Of a stretch of 64,000 nucleotides of DNA, positions 61,446-64,000 are shown piece by piece. The notes beneath the pieces are model-generated. The model was not told the origin of the DNA, did not search any database, and saw only the letters and a list, made by a program, of their open reading frames with translations. The DNA is from Lophium mytilinum (Eukaryota). The stretch lies in the NCBI GenBank assembly GCA_010093605.1, contig MU004184.1, positions 188,179 to 252,178 on the forward strand, written 5' to 3'. Made by a program: the position numbers and the translations under genes. Every line of letters starts with the position of its first letter. The stretch's first letter is position 1.

Positions 61446-64000
61446 GAGATCTTTAGCATAGGAGCCCACGGCGTGGAGGAAGATTGAAGGAATTGCAGTA
61501 TGTTGTTGAGGGCGTGGCTGGAAAAGACATTGGTAGGACGTGTGTTGTAAGAGAGGTGGTGCGTGTTGAGGACTCGGAGAAAGTTGTGTGGTTTTAGATA
61601 AGCGAAAAGGGTTTGACTTGGCAACACGACTCCTAGTGTTCTGAGTCTGAGTACCAAGAGATGCTTTTTGTAGACATTAATCGTGTGGATTGAAATACGA
61701 AGGCAGCCAGTCAACACTGCGAACCGCTGCGGCAGGCTAATGCTCCGCGTTTGCCACGGATCTTTTTGGCTTTTTTTGCCCTTTTCATCAACACTACAGC
61801 TACGGAGTGCGTGTTTTGGGTACATACGGTGCTTTGAATATCAATGATAGAGAGGCAAAGAGTATGCCTCAAGTTTAAAAAAATGCAAAAGAGTATCCCC
61901 CACGCCAGAGAATACTATTGAAGAGTAAACCTGAACGTGGGGACTAATCTCTTTGTCGCCGTGCCGTGCCGCTCCGGGGCTCGAACCCAGAATGCTGCCT
62001 GTGACGTACCTGTTGTGCCTCTCTCGGAGTACCCGATCCTCCCACTCCGCCACCCCGAGAGGGCGAGGGGCGAAAAAATAAAGCTAATTATATGCCCCAC
62101 TAAGCGAAGTTCGCATATCACATGTTTCCCACGTCCGTCACTTCCCCACCGTTATTATTTCTGCTGGCGCATCTTACCAGCGAACCGTTCAAAGACGTCT
62201 TCAGATTCCTACCTATCGCTGCACTTCTTCAATTCGAGTGCTGCGCGCACCGCCGATCACGCGTCACGCGTCTCACCTCCGCACCACTTCCGCACCACCT
62301 CCGTGAATCAACATCACGGTAGCTATCTACCCCTAGTCATCCAAGCCGATCTTTCAATTGCGCCCTTGGTACGCATGCTAAAGCTTCTGTGTCTGAAATG
62401 CCCCATCCCCAATATCCCGTAGTCTTTTGACACACCTGACACACCTTCAGCTCTCACTTCAGGTCGCTATGAATCAAGCAGATGGTTTCTGGGGCGCATA
62501 CTTGCTCCCCTGCCGCAAGAACCCCCGTCACAATAGATGGGGTTCGTTATGCTTGACAGGCGCGCCAGTCCCCGCCCCGGCTCCCACACGCACCATCTGG
62601 AGAAGATCTTCGGCGCAACGATCCAGTCGATCTGCCCTTCGACGTGAAAGCTTCAACTTTATCGAGAATCATACACTAGACTAGGTCGTCGCCGAAGCAC
62701 GCCAGCTTTCACACCCTCCACCGCCTACTCTTTGCCCGCCAGAAAACCCTTTTTGAATACCAGCACCGTTGAAGGAGACTAGGATATTGCGGTGGAGTTA
62801 TACCAGATATAAGTCTTCAGGATTCATGTTTGTGGGTGCTCTGTGATCGGTATAACATTCAAGAGCAGCATATGGCACAGGTCTCAAGAGACTAGGGAGG
62901 CGGCAGTATTGTCCACGAAGAAGTCATGTTTCACAGATTTCCAAGACCGGCTCCATCAACAAGTCTTCGATTCGAATAGCAAATAGTACAGCTGTTGGAT
63001 GAAAAAGCAAGCCCGTCTAAGATTTGGGGGACCGGAAGATAAGCGATATTATAAGTCTCCAAAGACAGCGGCTCAAAGGGTCGAGGTGCGGCCTATGGGC
63101 ACTGCTACTACTGCCCTTTGCTCCCTGTCGGTCGCAAGTACCGCCGTCTGGTCCTGCGAAGAACACTCATAGTTCTTCCTTCAATTTCCTCAGTAAGGAA
63201 ACGGTCTATCTTGGGGTCCGAAACAACTACTAGGCGTCCACGGAGAGCGCAAGACGATGTTCCGACCAAAGCTCGCTGCCAGTGTGGAGCGAAACGAAAA
63301 CAGGGCTAGACGGCTGGACATTTGCTCCGGCAAAGAGGCGCAGCTTGGGCTACGGTAGGGGCCAGCACCTCTTCTATAAAGCCTTATGTACCTGTAGCCC
63401 TGTTCGTCCTCTCTACATTATCATCCTCATGAGAGGATGGGACCGAAATCGCAATGTTCTGAGAAAGACCACTTTCTTATCGACGGCTACAAATGCTCTT
63501 GGCGTATGATCATCATGATACTAGTGTTTAGGCGTTCACAGTAGAGCCGATCCCCCGAACGAACAAAACTACAAGACCCCCCACTATTGTAACTACGAGA
63601 CCAGCAGCAAGAACGTTCATCTCTCACCACCTAGAGCGCGGGTTTACAAAGGTTTCCCATAACAGGACGCCATCTCGAGACGATTCACCAATCAATGGCG
63701 CGACCGAGCAAGGACGAAACACACGACGACTCATCTTTACACCTTCGTAATACTCCTCCGAAACGGCATCTTGGGCTTAGCGCCCACATCTCGAAGGAGA
63801 TGCTCCACGCTCCCGCTAGTAAGATCCAACAAGTCTTTCTTCCAGCACCAGATTCCTCAAGACACCAGCCCTCTTTTTTCTCCTCGCATCTGTCGCCAAC
63901 ACCACGAGATCAGCCTCCACTTCCTACGATACATTCCTTCCTGAGCCAGCAATTGGAGGCAGCCTAGCCATTCTTCACCTCGACGCGTCTTCCTTTGCAA

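Overview
Eukaryotic DNA from a filamentous ascomycete (short GT-AG introns with CTRAC/CTAAC branch sites, fungal U6). It looks like a gene-poor accessory or lineage-specific region. Few genes appear intact: a 577-aa HKD-type Ser/Thr kinase, three orphan genes and a U6 snRNA gene with TATA and a downstream B-box. Two patterns stand out. (1) About 20 short, decayed, often intron-retaining fragments come from the same few conserved host genes (PHO85 CDK, SUB2/UAP56 helicase, a GBP2/HRB1-like 3-RRM protein, an MSSP/Spo5-like 2-RRM protein, probably CASC3/Btz). They lie on both strands and are stitched into mosaics at about 30.1-31.4 kb and 39.0-40.2 kb. (2) Several strongly diverged non-coding tandem arrays have periods of 151, ~156, ~167, ~208 and ~229 bp; three of them share a core motif (CAGTGGTGTCAAACGAG-like), and two have internal inverted repeats. 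Larger ~330-410 bp repeats also occur. No transposase, Helitron Rep-Hel or Starship recombinase was recognised. All protein identities come from remembered motifs, not database searches.
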